Made by a program: the position numbers and the translations under genes. A stretch of DNA of 64,000 nucleotides from Chrysomallon squamiferum (taxonomy: Eukaryota; Animalia; Mollusca), in NCBI GenBank assembly GCA_012295275.1, contig CM022671.1, positions 26,474,001 to 26,538,000 on the forward strand, given 5' to 3'. Of this stretch, positions 50,490 through 64,000 are shown in pieces; position 1 is the stretch's first letter, and each line of letters begins with the position of its first letter. The notes under the pieces were generated by a model. That model saw only the letters and a list, made by a program, of their open reading frames with translations, did no database searches and was not told the origin of the DNA.

Positions 50490-51488
50490 TTGCTCAGGTG
50501 TTCGGAAACTTAACCGGTTGTCCCCAGAGTTGTCCCCAGAATTAAATATTTGAAATTATTTCACAAATTTCGCCCGAAGCTGAGAAGATTCCCTCGCAGT
50601 ACTTTTTCATGTCATCAACCGGATGTGATGTAACTGACATTTCTCGGTGTCTTTTCGTTCACACAACAAGCGAGAGAAATTACGTGCCGTTGTTTGGGTC
50701 GCACCGGTCCATCTTCCCTTCCAGGTGACTGCTAAAAGCCGGTAAACACAGCTGTTACAACGGAGTGCCTCGTTTTACGTGGAATTTCTGTACGGTCCCG
50801 GGTTTCCACGGAAGCATTCTTCTTCGTAATAAGAAACATGTAGCGTGAACTCGTGTTTTCGATCATCTTTGTCAGCTTTAAATAATTTCTAATTCCAACC
50901 AGAACGAGAAGGCTCCGACAGGAGTTGTAATTTTGCCATCCAGATATTGTGAAAATGAATATAGATTATTTATTGTTGATCTCTGAATAACCTTTCCTAA
51001 GTAAGCATGCCAAATACCAGCAGTAAACATATAATAATTACATCGCATACCAGCAACGCGTATATAAGAAACTGGTATTCTATACATCTGATATCAGCAA
51101 TAAGTAAATATATATTAGATATTGTACAAATATTAAATATTCTATTATATTCTATTATACAAATATTAAATTATATCAGATACCTGAATTGTACGTATCA
51201 AGAAATATCACTAACATATATAATACAACTAATATAACTATATGAGATAGCTGTGCAATGTTAATATCACATACCAGGAATATCATTACTTATATATTAG
51301 ATACCAGCAGTATCTATATTGCATTCCAGCACTCTGTACATTATATAGAGTACATTAACTGAAGTCTTCATACTAAATCGTCACACGTCATGGCTTTATT
51401 AAAGTTTTCAAACGAAATATATCCATGTGTTCATCCCTGCAAATACCTGCAGTACACTTGCACACAACAGACACTAACCCTGTGCATT

Positions 51489-51532
<44 letters not shown>

Positions 51533-51544
51533 TATATATGTGTA

Positions 51545-51575
<31 letters not shown>

Positions 51576-51664
51576 ATGTATGCCAACAAGTGGTAAATAA
51601 GATACCTTTAACAATCTATATATTAGATATCTGCCATTAGTATATGAAATACTTGTTTCACACA

Positions 51665-51703
<39 letters not shown>

Positions 51704-51797
51704 ACACACAGTATCAGTCTGAGAAATAACTTACTAATATTTAAATCATTATTTTACTTTTCTATTAACTTAATTATAAATAATAACGGTAAACTGT

Positions 51798-51920
<123 letters not shown>

Positions 51921-52714
51921 CGGCATCTCCGCGAGACATTTCATCAAACGCTTAGCGTCGTTACTGATTTCCTTTCTCTCTTTCTTATTTTCTTTAACTA
52001 CTGAACTGACCGCCCTCGTCCGTTTCTTGTTTCAAAAATCTTTGCAGCCTGTTTCGCTTTTAAATTGATTCTGCATCATCCACACACGATTAAGTTATTT
52101 GATTTTTAAATTAATTCTCTTACAAATTTTTCTTTTTCTTTCCACGTCTGCAGAACAGTATTCTCTCGCGTAGCCTCACGTCTGCTAGATGGGCTCGCGC
52201 GCTCTCTCGTTCGCTTCTCCTTTCAACAATGTGCGTAATTCATTAATTCTTTTGCAACTGCATGTGATTATTATGACAGCGACGAGGCAGGCGGTAATTA
52301 AAGGGAATTTCGGTGCAGACACAATATGTTCCTCGTTACGTTTTATGGTGAGACCGCCGGTGTTTATAACTTGAGTAATTCTGTGTATACTTTAATAGGA
52401 CTAGACGGATACCACATGAGAAGACAGCGAAACGTACCAAAATAAAGACAAAATGGCTTTTAAAGAAGCACTTTTGAAAAGTGGAAATTGCCAGTTTTCT
52501 ATTTGTTATGTCTCTTTCATTCTTTATGCCCAATTTTGTTTTGTGAGTGTGCGTGTGTGTATGTATGTATTGTGTTTGTTCTTTTGTTGTTGTTGTTGTT
52601 GTTGTATTAAATAATTTTAATTTGTTATAGTTTTGTTTAGTTTGGTTTGGTTTTTCAAAAATAATTTAGATTAGGTTTATTAAAGTAACTGATTCATCCT
52701 GTAATTTAATTATA

Positions 52715-53403
52715 CAGTGGTATCTTGACTTACGAGTTTAATTCGTTCCGTGACAGAGCTTGTAATTTGCTAGTATATCAAATCAATTTTCCCAAACCTC
52801 AGTTTTTTGTAATGTGTGTATAAATGCCAAATATTGTATATATATTTTTTTTTTTTAAATGAGAATGCAAAAAAATACATTTGTTTTGTAAAGTGTACAG
52901 GGTTAGGGTTTCTCCATCTTTTCATGGACAGAGGTCCGCAGGTTAGAAATTATATTAACGCCTTTGGCTGGAGATACAGCCTTTATGGACTTCTTCTGCT
53001 TCAGTATGGTACAATCTATTATGCTTATACTGCCTAGCCATGTTGACTACACACATGTTTTTCGATGTTTTCATACTTTAATTCAATGGACATCATCCGC
53101 TTCTTGTTCTTAGCCCTGTCGTTTTCTTAGGATCCATGGAAATTTGGCAAAATTCTGCACAAAACGCGATCACAACACACCAGAGATGCTTCCACGGCGA
53201 GGTAGCCACGTGAAGCAAACGAGTGAGACGCGGGATTCTGAGCCGACGTTGTATTGTTCGTTGCGCCAACTAGCGGCTGCATATCTGAAGCTCGTTCGTA
53301 ACTCGGATTCTGGCTCTCAACTCAATGCAAAATATCGACCGGGCGAATGCTCATAACTCGAAAAATTCGCAAGTTGGAGAATTCGTAAGTCGAGGTACTA
53401 CTG
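52715..53403 (-). mobile_element. Tigger/pogo-family (Tc1/mariner superfamily) non-autonomous deletion derivative, 689 bp
   Basis: TA target duplications (52713-14, 53404-05). TIRs CAGTGGTATCTTGACTTACGAGT and CAGTAGTACCTCGACTTACGAAT (rc). A frameshifted transposase N-terminus lies on the minus strand at ~53136-52908: MDPKK...KRMMSIELKYENIEKH...CTILKQKKSIKAVSPAKGVNIISNLRTSVHEKMEK (CENP-B/psq HTH-type region). Confidence 0.9.
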
Positions 53404-54818
53404 TACTTGATTTACAGCCAGCCCTACAAAGAAGCAAGTCCTGACTTGTCTGTCATATTACCACGCGTCGCCTATTCCGCCTTCTAGTGCACACATATTC
53501 CTGTACAATCGCTTATCTTCATCATGCGCTCGCTAATATCTCCATTTGTTCATCCATCTATTTGTTTTTCCACTGACCATTAAACTCGTAACAATTCATC
53601 ATCTTCTTTGGAAGCATTATTTAAATGCAGAATTAACCTTTACATTATACATGAATTTAACAGACTCAGTGTATCTGTTACAACACTTTACGGACAAACT
53701 GAAGCTGTATCGTTTGTCTTAATTCTCCTTCGGCTAGAGGGGGGTGGGGGTGGGGAAATTACAATATAAATTTCTCATAAAAATCATTATGAGGTTGGTG
53801 AAAACCTATATGGCTTATCCTAAGCTGCTCCTACGATGTAAACGATTTTTCAGCCTCTTTCCGTTTCCTTCTATTTTGTAACCTTTTTATTATTTTTTTT
53901 TTCTTCCTCCCCCCCCGATGTTTCTACTCAAGGGAGATAACTGTAAAAGAAAATGGCCATCCTCTTCTGTTTTGTTAATAATATTTGATACTTTCCGCTC
54001 GTTCTGATTAGATGTGAAATAACCCTTTTCCCCGAAGGATTCAGCCTGTGTAAGGGTCGTAAAAATGTGCAAATCAACAAAAATTCCTTACAGATTTAGA
54101 GGCCCATTCTCACTCAGGAAACGTTCGGTGAAAGCTCTCGGCCTTTCGCAGGAACTGTCTGCGTGGAACGTTTCTAGCTCACTGAGTTGCGAGTCGAGTG
54201 GAGAATTCTCTGGATTAAACGTCTTCTTCTGGAACTAATGTTGCGTGTAGGCACACAAACATAAAACTGTTTCTCTCACTAATTAGGCGTGAGCTGCCGC
54301 ACTGTAATGTTTTCATCTCTACACAGCAACGTCTGGTGGCGAACGGAAAAATGTGTGCAGAAACCGTTTGATCTCCCCTCTCTCCCCTGACTTTTTCATG
54401 TTTGTTGTTGTTGTGTTGTGTTTTGTTTTGTAGTAGTTTTTTTTTTTTTTTTTTAAATTTGATTTAAATCATTTCTTTTAAAATTATCTTTGTGTTCTTT
54501 ATATATATATATATATATATTTGTTTTTATATAATTCTGTTATTTTTAATTTATATAACACACACACACACACATTCTCTAAAATATTTATTTTAAATCT
54601 ATTATTATCTATTGTCTAATTTTTTTTTTTAAATTGTCCCTTTTTTTATGAAAATTATTGTCTTATTAACATAATCCCTTCCAAGCTATCTGTTTGTTTG
54701 TTTGATAACCTGTAACAAATTTGTACGTCTGTGTTTGTGATGGTCTCTATTTATATTTACTACTAATAATTATATCTGTTTTTCAGTCTGTCTATCTGTA
54801 TCTTATTTCCTTCAGTCG

Positions 54819-54940
<122 letters not shown>

Positions 54941-56851
54941 TTCTCACAGACAAACACACAAAAACACCGCTACTTTCTTTCTTTCTTTTCCCATTTATGT
55001 GTCCTTTTCACTGCCATTCGTTCTTTCTTTCCCTCTGTCTAAGTCTGAATTCACCTAAGTCTTTCAGCTCTGTTCACGCGACACCGGTTCTGTGGATGGA
55101 AAGTGATTTGACGTTATGTAAGCAAGCGTTTTATTACGGAACGATTTTAGCAGCTCGTTAGTAAACTACACACGTGTTTTAAACATAGCGCCTGGTAAAC
55201 GTCTGCAGAGCATGCGAATAATGCGCCCCTTAGAGTTGTTCCCCTTACGTACTTGCACGTGAGTTATGACAGGCACTATGAAAAAGAAATAACTCAAGAT
55301 GTTCCTCTAACTTTATGATCTCGTCAGAACGTTAACATTTTTTTTTTTTTTTTTTTTTTTAATGATACAGTTACTTGTAATTATTAAAAAGTAAATAAAA
55401 AAATAAAAAAAATTAAAAAAAAATAATAATAATACTTGAACTTTAAAATTAAACTGAAAAAAAATGAAAATAATATTTTAACAAATGAGTAAGGTAAAAA
55501 TGTTATATTACGCTAGTGGTATTTAAATTACTGCAGTTTCGTTCTTGTTTGCAGACCTGTATGTTTCAAGCAAATTTTACTTTTCTTTTTCTTTTTTTTT
55601 TTCTTTTTTCTATATATTTTTTTTCAGGTGTGTTACTTGTGTTTTGTTTGCTTTTAGTTCCACTGGGGCTGATTTGAGCAGTTGATCGAGCCAGGCGATT
55701 GATTTAACACATTTCATTTCTACTGACCGGAAAATGCCACAGCCGCCATCTTGTTTTTCAATAGGAAAACGTCGGGAAAGATATTCAGTGTGCCCCCCCT
55801 CTATCATATCGCGGCTTAGAATATAACTGGCTCGCCAGGGGATGTCTTTGAGGAAAGAAAAGTGTTATTCCAGCTTCGATTTTGTCGCTTTCAGGTTTAC
55901 AGTAATTATATAATTAAATGCTTCCATCTAAAAAGGTTTTTTTTTTTTTCACGTTGATCCAAATTATTTTTACTCGTAACTTAAATTAATACGTCACCTA
56001 ACTGGTATGAATAAAATTATTATATTGTATGTGTATGTGTGTGCATAATGGAAAGTGTATATACATACACACACACACACATACACGCATAAACGCATAC
56101 ATACAACATACACATACATACGCACACATCTACATTCACTTGCCCCCCCCACACACACACACATACATAGATATAAAACACACTCACACACACCCCGTCA
56201 CACACTCACAGACGAACACATCCCCCTAAACACACATATATATATATTAACAGTAATGTGTTTGTTATCTGTTGTCTAGAACAGACTAATAAGTTAGCTG
56301 AGTGTTATTTTGCCGCACTCCTCTGACAGTCTGTGTGCAGTGTGTTGTTTCAGATGCTGCGGGCTGGGAGATATCACGCCTGCACACCTGTGGGGACGAA
56401 CCGACGCGGTAAAATACTTCTCGTCAAACGCGGGTTCCATGTTCCAAAAACGATGGTAATTTTCTTCATAATTGCTTCCGAGGAATTTTTTTATATATTT
56501 TTTTTTATATATCTTGCGCTAATGTACAACGCAGTCGTGCAATCTACCCGTGTGTGATATTGGTATGATTTTAAGAAACAAAGAGAAAAAAGTGTTATAG
56601 ATATAGATATATATATATATTTGCAATGAAAATCTTTAAAAAAAAAAAATAGTAATGGACAAAAAAATAAATAAATAAATAAAGAATGAAAAGATAGAAA
56701 ACATACTTTTACGGTGAAAGAAAGAGACAAGTATAAGGGGATACGAACACAAAAAAGATAGGTAAATACAAATGGACTGATAGATAGACACACAAACATA
56801 TAGACAGACAGACAGATAGATAGATATATAAATACACATATAGAGAGGTAA

Positions 56852-56917
<66 letters not shown>

Positions 56918-57042
56918 ATCATCTGGTAACTACAGGATTAAATACAGTTTTATAATTTAATGAAGTCTTATAGAGACACCCACAGAGAGAGAAACAACGA
57001 GAAAACAGTGACTATTAGTCGCAGATGCCTTAAACAAAATAA

Positions 57043-57121
<79 letters not shown>

Positions 57122-58118
57122 AGGTTAAGTATGAAAAAAGAAAATCCTAGCAACCATACATTCTCTTTCATTCATGTTATATTATTTTTTATACTTTATT
57201 ATTATTAAAGTATATGTAGTGACAAATATAATATCAGTTTTCGAAAACGAAAAATAATTTAAATCATTTGTTCTTACCTCTACAACCATTTAGCTTAGGC
57301 ATTATACTGTTAAAAAGAAGAACAAGTATAATACTGTTTTATAGCTAATGTTACACGGCGTTTAACATATTTAATACTACACAACTACTGACATTTATTA
57401 GTTTGTTATATTACGAGCGGAAATCCAAGATACGCCGATTACCCAATACTTCATTTTTAACATGCATTTACCTGATGTTTCGCTCTCAAAAGACTTTGAA
57501 TCGAATATCAGTTCAAAAAATGAACACATTTAAGTATGGCGTAGCTAATAAATATATGCTGGTGTTTGCAGAGTAATAAAAGTATCTTTCAAATGCTATT
57601 GAAAAAAGGCGTTACGCTTTCACTCGTGACCTTCACTCAGGATGTAAGAACGACAATCCACAGTAATAATAATAATAATAATAATCGCATACATGGAAAC
57701 CATTGGTCGACGGCTTTTAGACGATCGTATTGCCCGGGTACACCACGAGAGTTTTATCACATCTGTTGTGCACTAGCCACCCGATATTTGAATAACCCGA
57801 TACGAACACTTTGACAAAGTCTAGATAACAAAGACGCTTTGTCCGTAGGGTTAAAGAAACACATGCACGGGCAGATCTCGGGACTGAACGTAATAGCGAA
57901 ATTTAACACAATGTATAATGTACCGCGTTTTGATGGGAAATTAAATGTAAAAATCTGTACATATGTTACATAGAAATTTTTTTATTTTTTTTGGGGGGGG
58001 CTGTTCTCTGTATGCGATCACTACTTGGCACAGGCCATGTCAGATTACTTGCGTTTCATATGTTGGTAGTGTTGTGTCACGGGAAACAGAATTACAGTAA
58101 TACCGTAATGGAGCAATG

Positions 58119-58209
<91 letters not shown>

Positions 58210-59662
58210 ATTTAATGTTTTGTCCCCCTCACATGGAATTATTTTTATTTTTTTTTTCTTCTTCTTTTTTTCAGCAAAATGCTTTTCAGGAAGAATGAAA
58301 AAGATATATGCTAAAAACTTATAAATAATATTTATAATAATTATATGTGTGTGATTTATACTTTAATTGCTAACATATTGTCTAATACTGGTATAATTAA
58401 TATGTTCTACATACATACACACTGAGATACATTATTCACATATAAAACTTACATTTGTATGTCCTGGTGGGAAAATGTATTCGTCATAATAACTTACCTC
58501 GTGTGTATGTGTATGTGTTAAGGCGGTGGTTTTATTTATTATTACAATAATAAATAAAAAAAATTACACGCGTATTGTACATTTGTGTGTGGCGCTGTGT
58601 TATGAATGTTTAACGAAGAAGCTTTAAACCGGAGTAAAATCGGCGAATTACCTTTTGTGTGGCTATTTGAAAAGAGAAAGAGAAAGCCTCGGGGGTATTT
58701 GTAGTTCGGGTGGGGAGTTAAAAAACTAGTTAATACAGCTCAACGACGTTTTTCATTGACCGGCCCAAAAGCCGAGATCTACAGAGAAAAAAAAAAAAAA
58801 ATAAAAAAAAAATTAACAATGTTTTTAATGAATATAGATTCATCGCTTTTTGCGGATTATTAAAAAAAAAAAAAGTGTTGTTGCTATCTCACCCGGCCTG
58901 TATGGGCCTTATCCTCCTTCAGTGTCAACACTTACAGCTTTTGTTTGCCGTACACCATGATGATGCTGGGCTGGCTTCGCGATACGAGACTCACTGAAAA
59001 AAGTGAAGAGCTGTTTCAAGTGTTTGGTATGGGCGTATGCCGACACCTAGCCTTTTATAATTAACGGTGGAGTGTTAGTCTGTTTAGAGTGTCATGGACA
59101 GTGCGGAAAATATTAAATACTTTTGTGAGTCTGTGTGTGTTTTTGTTTTGCTTTACTTACTGCTCCTTACGGGTGTTTGCACGAACTTTGAGTAACAGGT
59201 GTGATTCGGGGACGTTTTTTTGATAAAGATTTATTTCTTTTTCTTTTTCTTTTTTTTTCTTTTTTTTTAAATGTTTTTTTTTTCAAAGTTTTTTCTTTCT
59301 TTTATTATTTTTTTTTTTATATTTACTCTTAGTTTGAACACGGAGATGTTTATGCATTAATCGTTCCTATTGATGTTTCTAACTTAATGTATAATGACAG
59401 ATGGGAAATACACACTGACTGAATATCTGTATATCCACGGTCAAACACGATTTCCAGGCTTTTATATCGATAAACAAGCATGGAGTTTAAAAGTGAATTA
59501 CAATGAAATAATTAATGAATTTTATCCAATTAAAAAAATATATATTAAAATAAAAATAAATAATAATAATAATAATAATAATAAAGGGTATTATGAATAA
59601 ATATTTATTTAATTAAAAACAATCTAAAACATTTCAGTATTAAAGAATTTCAGGCATCAAAG

Positions 59663-59735
<73 letters not shown>

Positions 59736-60794
59736 TTCTAACGATCACACGAAAGAAAATTTGTTTCTCACCTATAAGTAATAAGTACAAACGAATGTTT
59801 TATATGCAGTTTCTCATAGAACATTCACAATCGCTGGTAAACAAACTGAAGCAACTGGCTGGCACTGTTATCTGTTAAAGCGCGCTCCGATGAGGACAGA
59901 TCCAGAAACTCGCGACATCTCAGTCCAAGAATTTAACGATTAAGTGTCAGAGAGGAGCAGTTAAGAGAAAACAAAGACAGACGAAATATTTATGAAATAT
60001 TTAATAATAAAGGAAAGAAAAGCCTGGAAGAAGTGCTTGAATGCACAGAATATTTAATAAAAATAAAAATAAAAATAAAAATAAAAATAAAAAAAAAAAA
60101 ATAAAAATAAAAATAAAAATAAAAATAAAAATAAAAATAAAAAATAAAAAAAAAAAAAAAAAAATGAAATGAAATGAATTAAAATGAAATGAAATAAAAT
60201 AAAATAAATAAATAAATAAATAATGCAAGCCCATTTTCATCTACTGCTTTTTGTTGCTTTATTTATTTATTTATTTATTTATTATTTTAATTGTAAATTT
60301 TTTATAATTTCCTTTCTTAAACCGTTTATTGAGAAATTATTATTAAATTTTCTCCACATGATTTTATGTACATATTTATTTTTTAATTTTTATTTATTTA
60401 TTTATTTATTTTTCCTAAATTTTATTTTTTTTTTATTTTTTATTTACCTTTCTGTTTTTTTTTATATTTCATACTCGTACCCAAAACACAGTATAAAATG
60501 ACTATTACATGTAATACATATGCAGCAGTTCTTTTGACCCAAGTTTTATTTCTGTCACTCTTCTACACAAAATTTTTTAAAGTATTTTATAATAAAATTA
60601 CAGTGAAGTTCAGAGAATGTATTCTTATTTTAATTAAACGACCATCCAAAATTCATAGACGATACTTTTACAAAAATGTATTTGTTTGTTTATTTATTTA
60701 TTTATTTATTATTCTCCTTCTTCTTCATCTTCATCATCATCATCATCTTCTTCTCCTTCTTCTTCTTCTTCTTCTTCTTCTTCTTCTTCTTCTT

Positions 60795-60854
<60 letters not shown>

Positions 60855-61705
60855 TTTCACATATTTTGTTTGATTTGATTTTATTTATTTTTTTTTTAAT
60901 TGTTTTTTTCTTATCCATTTGTACCTTATAATTGAGGTATGCTGTTGTCACGGGTATTTGTATACGGGTTGAGTGTCCCCTTATATAAAATTTCGAAAAA
61001 ACTTAAATTTCTTTTCCAGCAGCCAAGATAAAGATATCTTAAAAAATGTATGTATGTATGTATGTATGTATGTATGTATGTGTGTGTATTTTTTAATTTA
61101 GGCACAAAACGAACTGTAAATGTTACGATCACACTTGCTTGATACAAATGCGTGTTTTAATTCAAGTTTTATTAGTGTAATTTTAAACATTTCAACAAGC
61201 CGACATAGGGTTACACTGAAACATCGAAGAACGGCAAGTCTGAAAACCATACAACAATTACATTCGTTTTAAATTCGTATTTTATGAACGCTGATAAAAT
61301 ATTTCGACAAAACGAAGGGGCTGGACATTAAGAAGTGGAATGCGAAGGCCAAAAAAAAAAAAAAAAAAAAGAACTAAAAAACCACTGGGCCTTTCAACGA
61401 CAGCTTTATTAGTATTTTCAGTTTCTTTGATGTTATCGGTTATTTTGTGTAATTTTCACCCATACTTTAGTGCTGCCATTTCGTATGAAACGGTCCATTG
61501 TCCCAAGACACTGATCTTTTTCTGCCCGTTTAAGAACGGGTCGTGAATCGTGCAAACCGTTTTGACTGCGTGTTAATAACGGGGTATAATATCCATTGAA
61601 AAAATTACATGCACTGGAATTACAAATTATACTTAAATCTGTCCAGGTAAAGACAGCTATATATATATATTTTTTTTTAAAAACAGCATTATTTATTTAC
61701 TTATT

Positions 61706-61749
<44 letters not shown>

Positions 61750-62677
61750 CCAGAGATCGGAGGCAGGAGAAAAAAAAAAAAAAAAAAAAAAAAAAAAGAA
61801 AGATAAAATAGCTTGCAATCACTGTTTTATTATTTCCTGTAACCAAGTACCCGAGTCTGTTGAAAACTGCATTGAAAACTGCAAATTATTCGGGAAATTT
61901 TTTTATCGTTTTTCACTTTTTTGTGACTTATTACATTCATTTGAAAGGTAACAAAGTGCGCGAAATAAAATCAGTTTTGCTACGCCAGGACGAGTCGAAA
62001 AGTGTTGGAAAGTTGGCTAAGGAAAAATTCATACTGTTATTCCAAAGTATGGCAGAATGGCAGATTTATTATTGAAAAGATATTAATGTTACATGACATT
62101 ATACATTATGTTGTCATCTTTAATAACACGTAATGTTGCTGTTTGTTGCATAAAGTGTATTTTTTTGTGATACGAAGAAATAATCTAAATATATTCTGCA
62201 TGCTTCCATGTTATGCTTTATTCGGTTTTTGCCATCCAATTTTATTTAATAACGAAATAAAATAACAAAAGACTACAGTTAAAAAGAACCCGTTTTGTCG
62301 CCTTAAAAAAAAAGGTGTCGGCGGAAAAAAGCACAGTAACCAGCGCACTCTACACATAATGACGTTATACCCCCAGCTGTAAACTGGTAAATCGGTTAAT
62401 AACGATTATAAATCACGTAGAACAAATAAAACGATAATATAGAAGTATAAAGATGTATTTATTCACTTATTTATTTATTATTATTATTGTTATTTTTATT
62501 CTGATGATTCATTCGTTGCACCCGTTCAAACCTTTGTAACAGTATAATTAGAGAGAAGAGAGCAGTACCTGTAAATGGTCTAATGAAATTCTTTAAGCTT
62601 AAGATTTACCGTTTGTTTCATTATTTATTTTATTATTATTAGTATTATTATTATTTTATTTTTATTAGTATTATTAA

Positions 62678-62735
<58 letters not shown>

Positions 62736-63311
62736 TTATTTGTGGAGGCGATGGTGATTTTATCTATCCTTCAAGGCGGACATACATTATTATTATTTTT
62801 TTTTTTTCATACAGCTCTGGAAAAAACTCTATAAAATTTCCTTCTTAACATTTGCCACCGACTGAGTTAGTCTTAGAGTTTTATCCAAGGTGAATAATAT
62901 TTTATGCCCCTAACACTCCCTAAATTTGCCATTATTACTAGCTGTAAATGACGTCTCCGGTTCCAATTACCTATCCCAGTTTTCAATGCGCTAAGGTCAT
63001 TGTGCTTCTTCCGTACGTGGTGCTTGTAATTACAGCTAGTGGTGCATGCCTGCAAGTTTCTAGTTCGTAAAACTCCGTCAGTATTAGATAACTGATATTA
63101 ATAATCAGATGAGTAATACAGTTTGTTATATGTTGTTTAAAATAAAACTGTAACTTTCTCAAATTATCGTTATCACCTGACTTGCGAAGAAAAGTATAGA
63201 ATTTATATCGTTGAGTACTGGGGTTAAAAATTAAAACAAGTTTTACGGAGACTCAGAAAAAAGAGTCATAAACAGAGAGGGACAGACAGTCAGAGAGACA
63301 CGCACGCTACA

Positions 63312-63391
<80 letters not shown>

Positions 63392-63717
63392 CTTCCTTGT
63401 TTCTCTTTTTTTTTATTGTTATTATTTTTATTTATTTATTTATTTTTTTATTTATTTATTTATTTATTTATTTTTTTTTATTTTTATATTTATTTATTTA
63501 TTTATTTATTTTCATTTTATTTTATTTTATTTTTATTCTTGCTATTACTATTCATGAATTTATTGTTGTTTAACTAAGGATAATGGATCCAGGAACTCTT
63601 TGAACATAAAAATAAACCAATCACTTGACTATAATTTTCTGTTATTTTAACTTTACACATGTTAAGTTATGACTTTATTTCAAGTTTTATCCACAGAATT
63701 ATTATTATTATTATTAC

Positions 63718-63759
<42 letters not shown>

Positions 63760-64000
63760 ATTCAGAACGGAGATATTTTTGCCTAACACCCTAAAATCGC
63801 AAAGCAACCATTTCATCAATTAAAAACAGGAGACGATGTCTTGGTGAGCCCAGGGTGGGGGGGGTCACGAGACAGGTGAGTTTTTATTCTTGATTTGTAT
63901 GTACTGGGGGAGGATCTCTATTTTCAATTCAAACAAATGGTCGAGCAAAAGATTTTAGCAAATAAACAATCCCTTTTTAAGAAATCCTCGTTCAGCTGTA

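Overview
AT-rich, microsatellite-dense animal genomic DNA. The style of the genes suggests a lophotrochozoan, probably a mollusc (inference). No prokaryotic features or CRISPR arrays are present. (1) 1-34.5 kb is a minus-strand tandem array of single-cysteine-cluster Toll-like receptor genes (LRR-TM-TIR): three complete copies and one cut by the window edge, each encoded by one ~2.5 kb exon. The ORF track misses the true N-termini. Each main exon starts at a phase-0 splice acceptor in the middle of the signal peptide. The ATG must come from tiny upstream leader exons (MTIC/MTTIC or MILS/MLILS followed by GTAAGT). There are 10 of these for 4 genes, most paired with a duplicated promoter-like cassette (Inr, E-box, kappaB-like and AP-1-like motifs). 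(2) 35.3-37.1 kb holds a four-exon, ~286-aa divergent PRD-class-like Q50 homeobox gene with an eh1-like motif, largely missed by the ORF track. (3) 38-64 kb has no recognisable host gene. It contains CpG-richer islands (likely cis-regulatory, including a CTCF-like site cluster), a Tigger/pogo deletion derivative and a foldback hairpin. A MITE with an 8-bp TSD sits inside the last TLR leader cassette.
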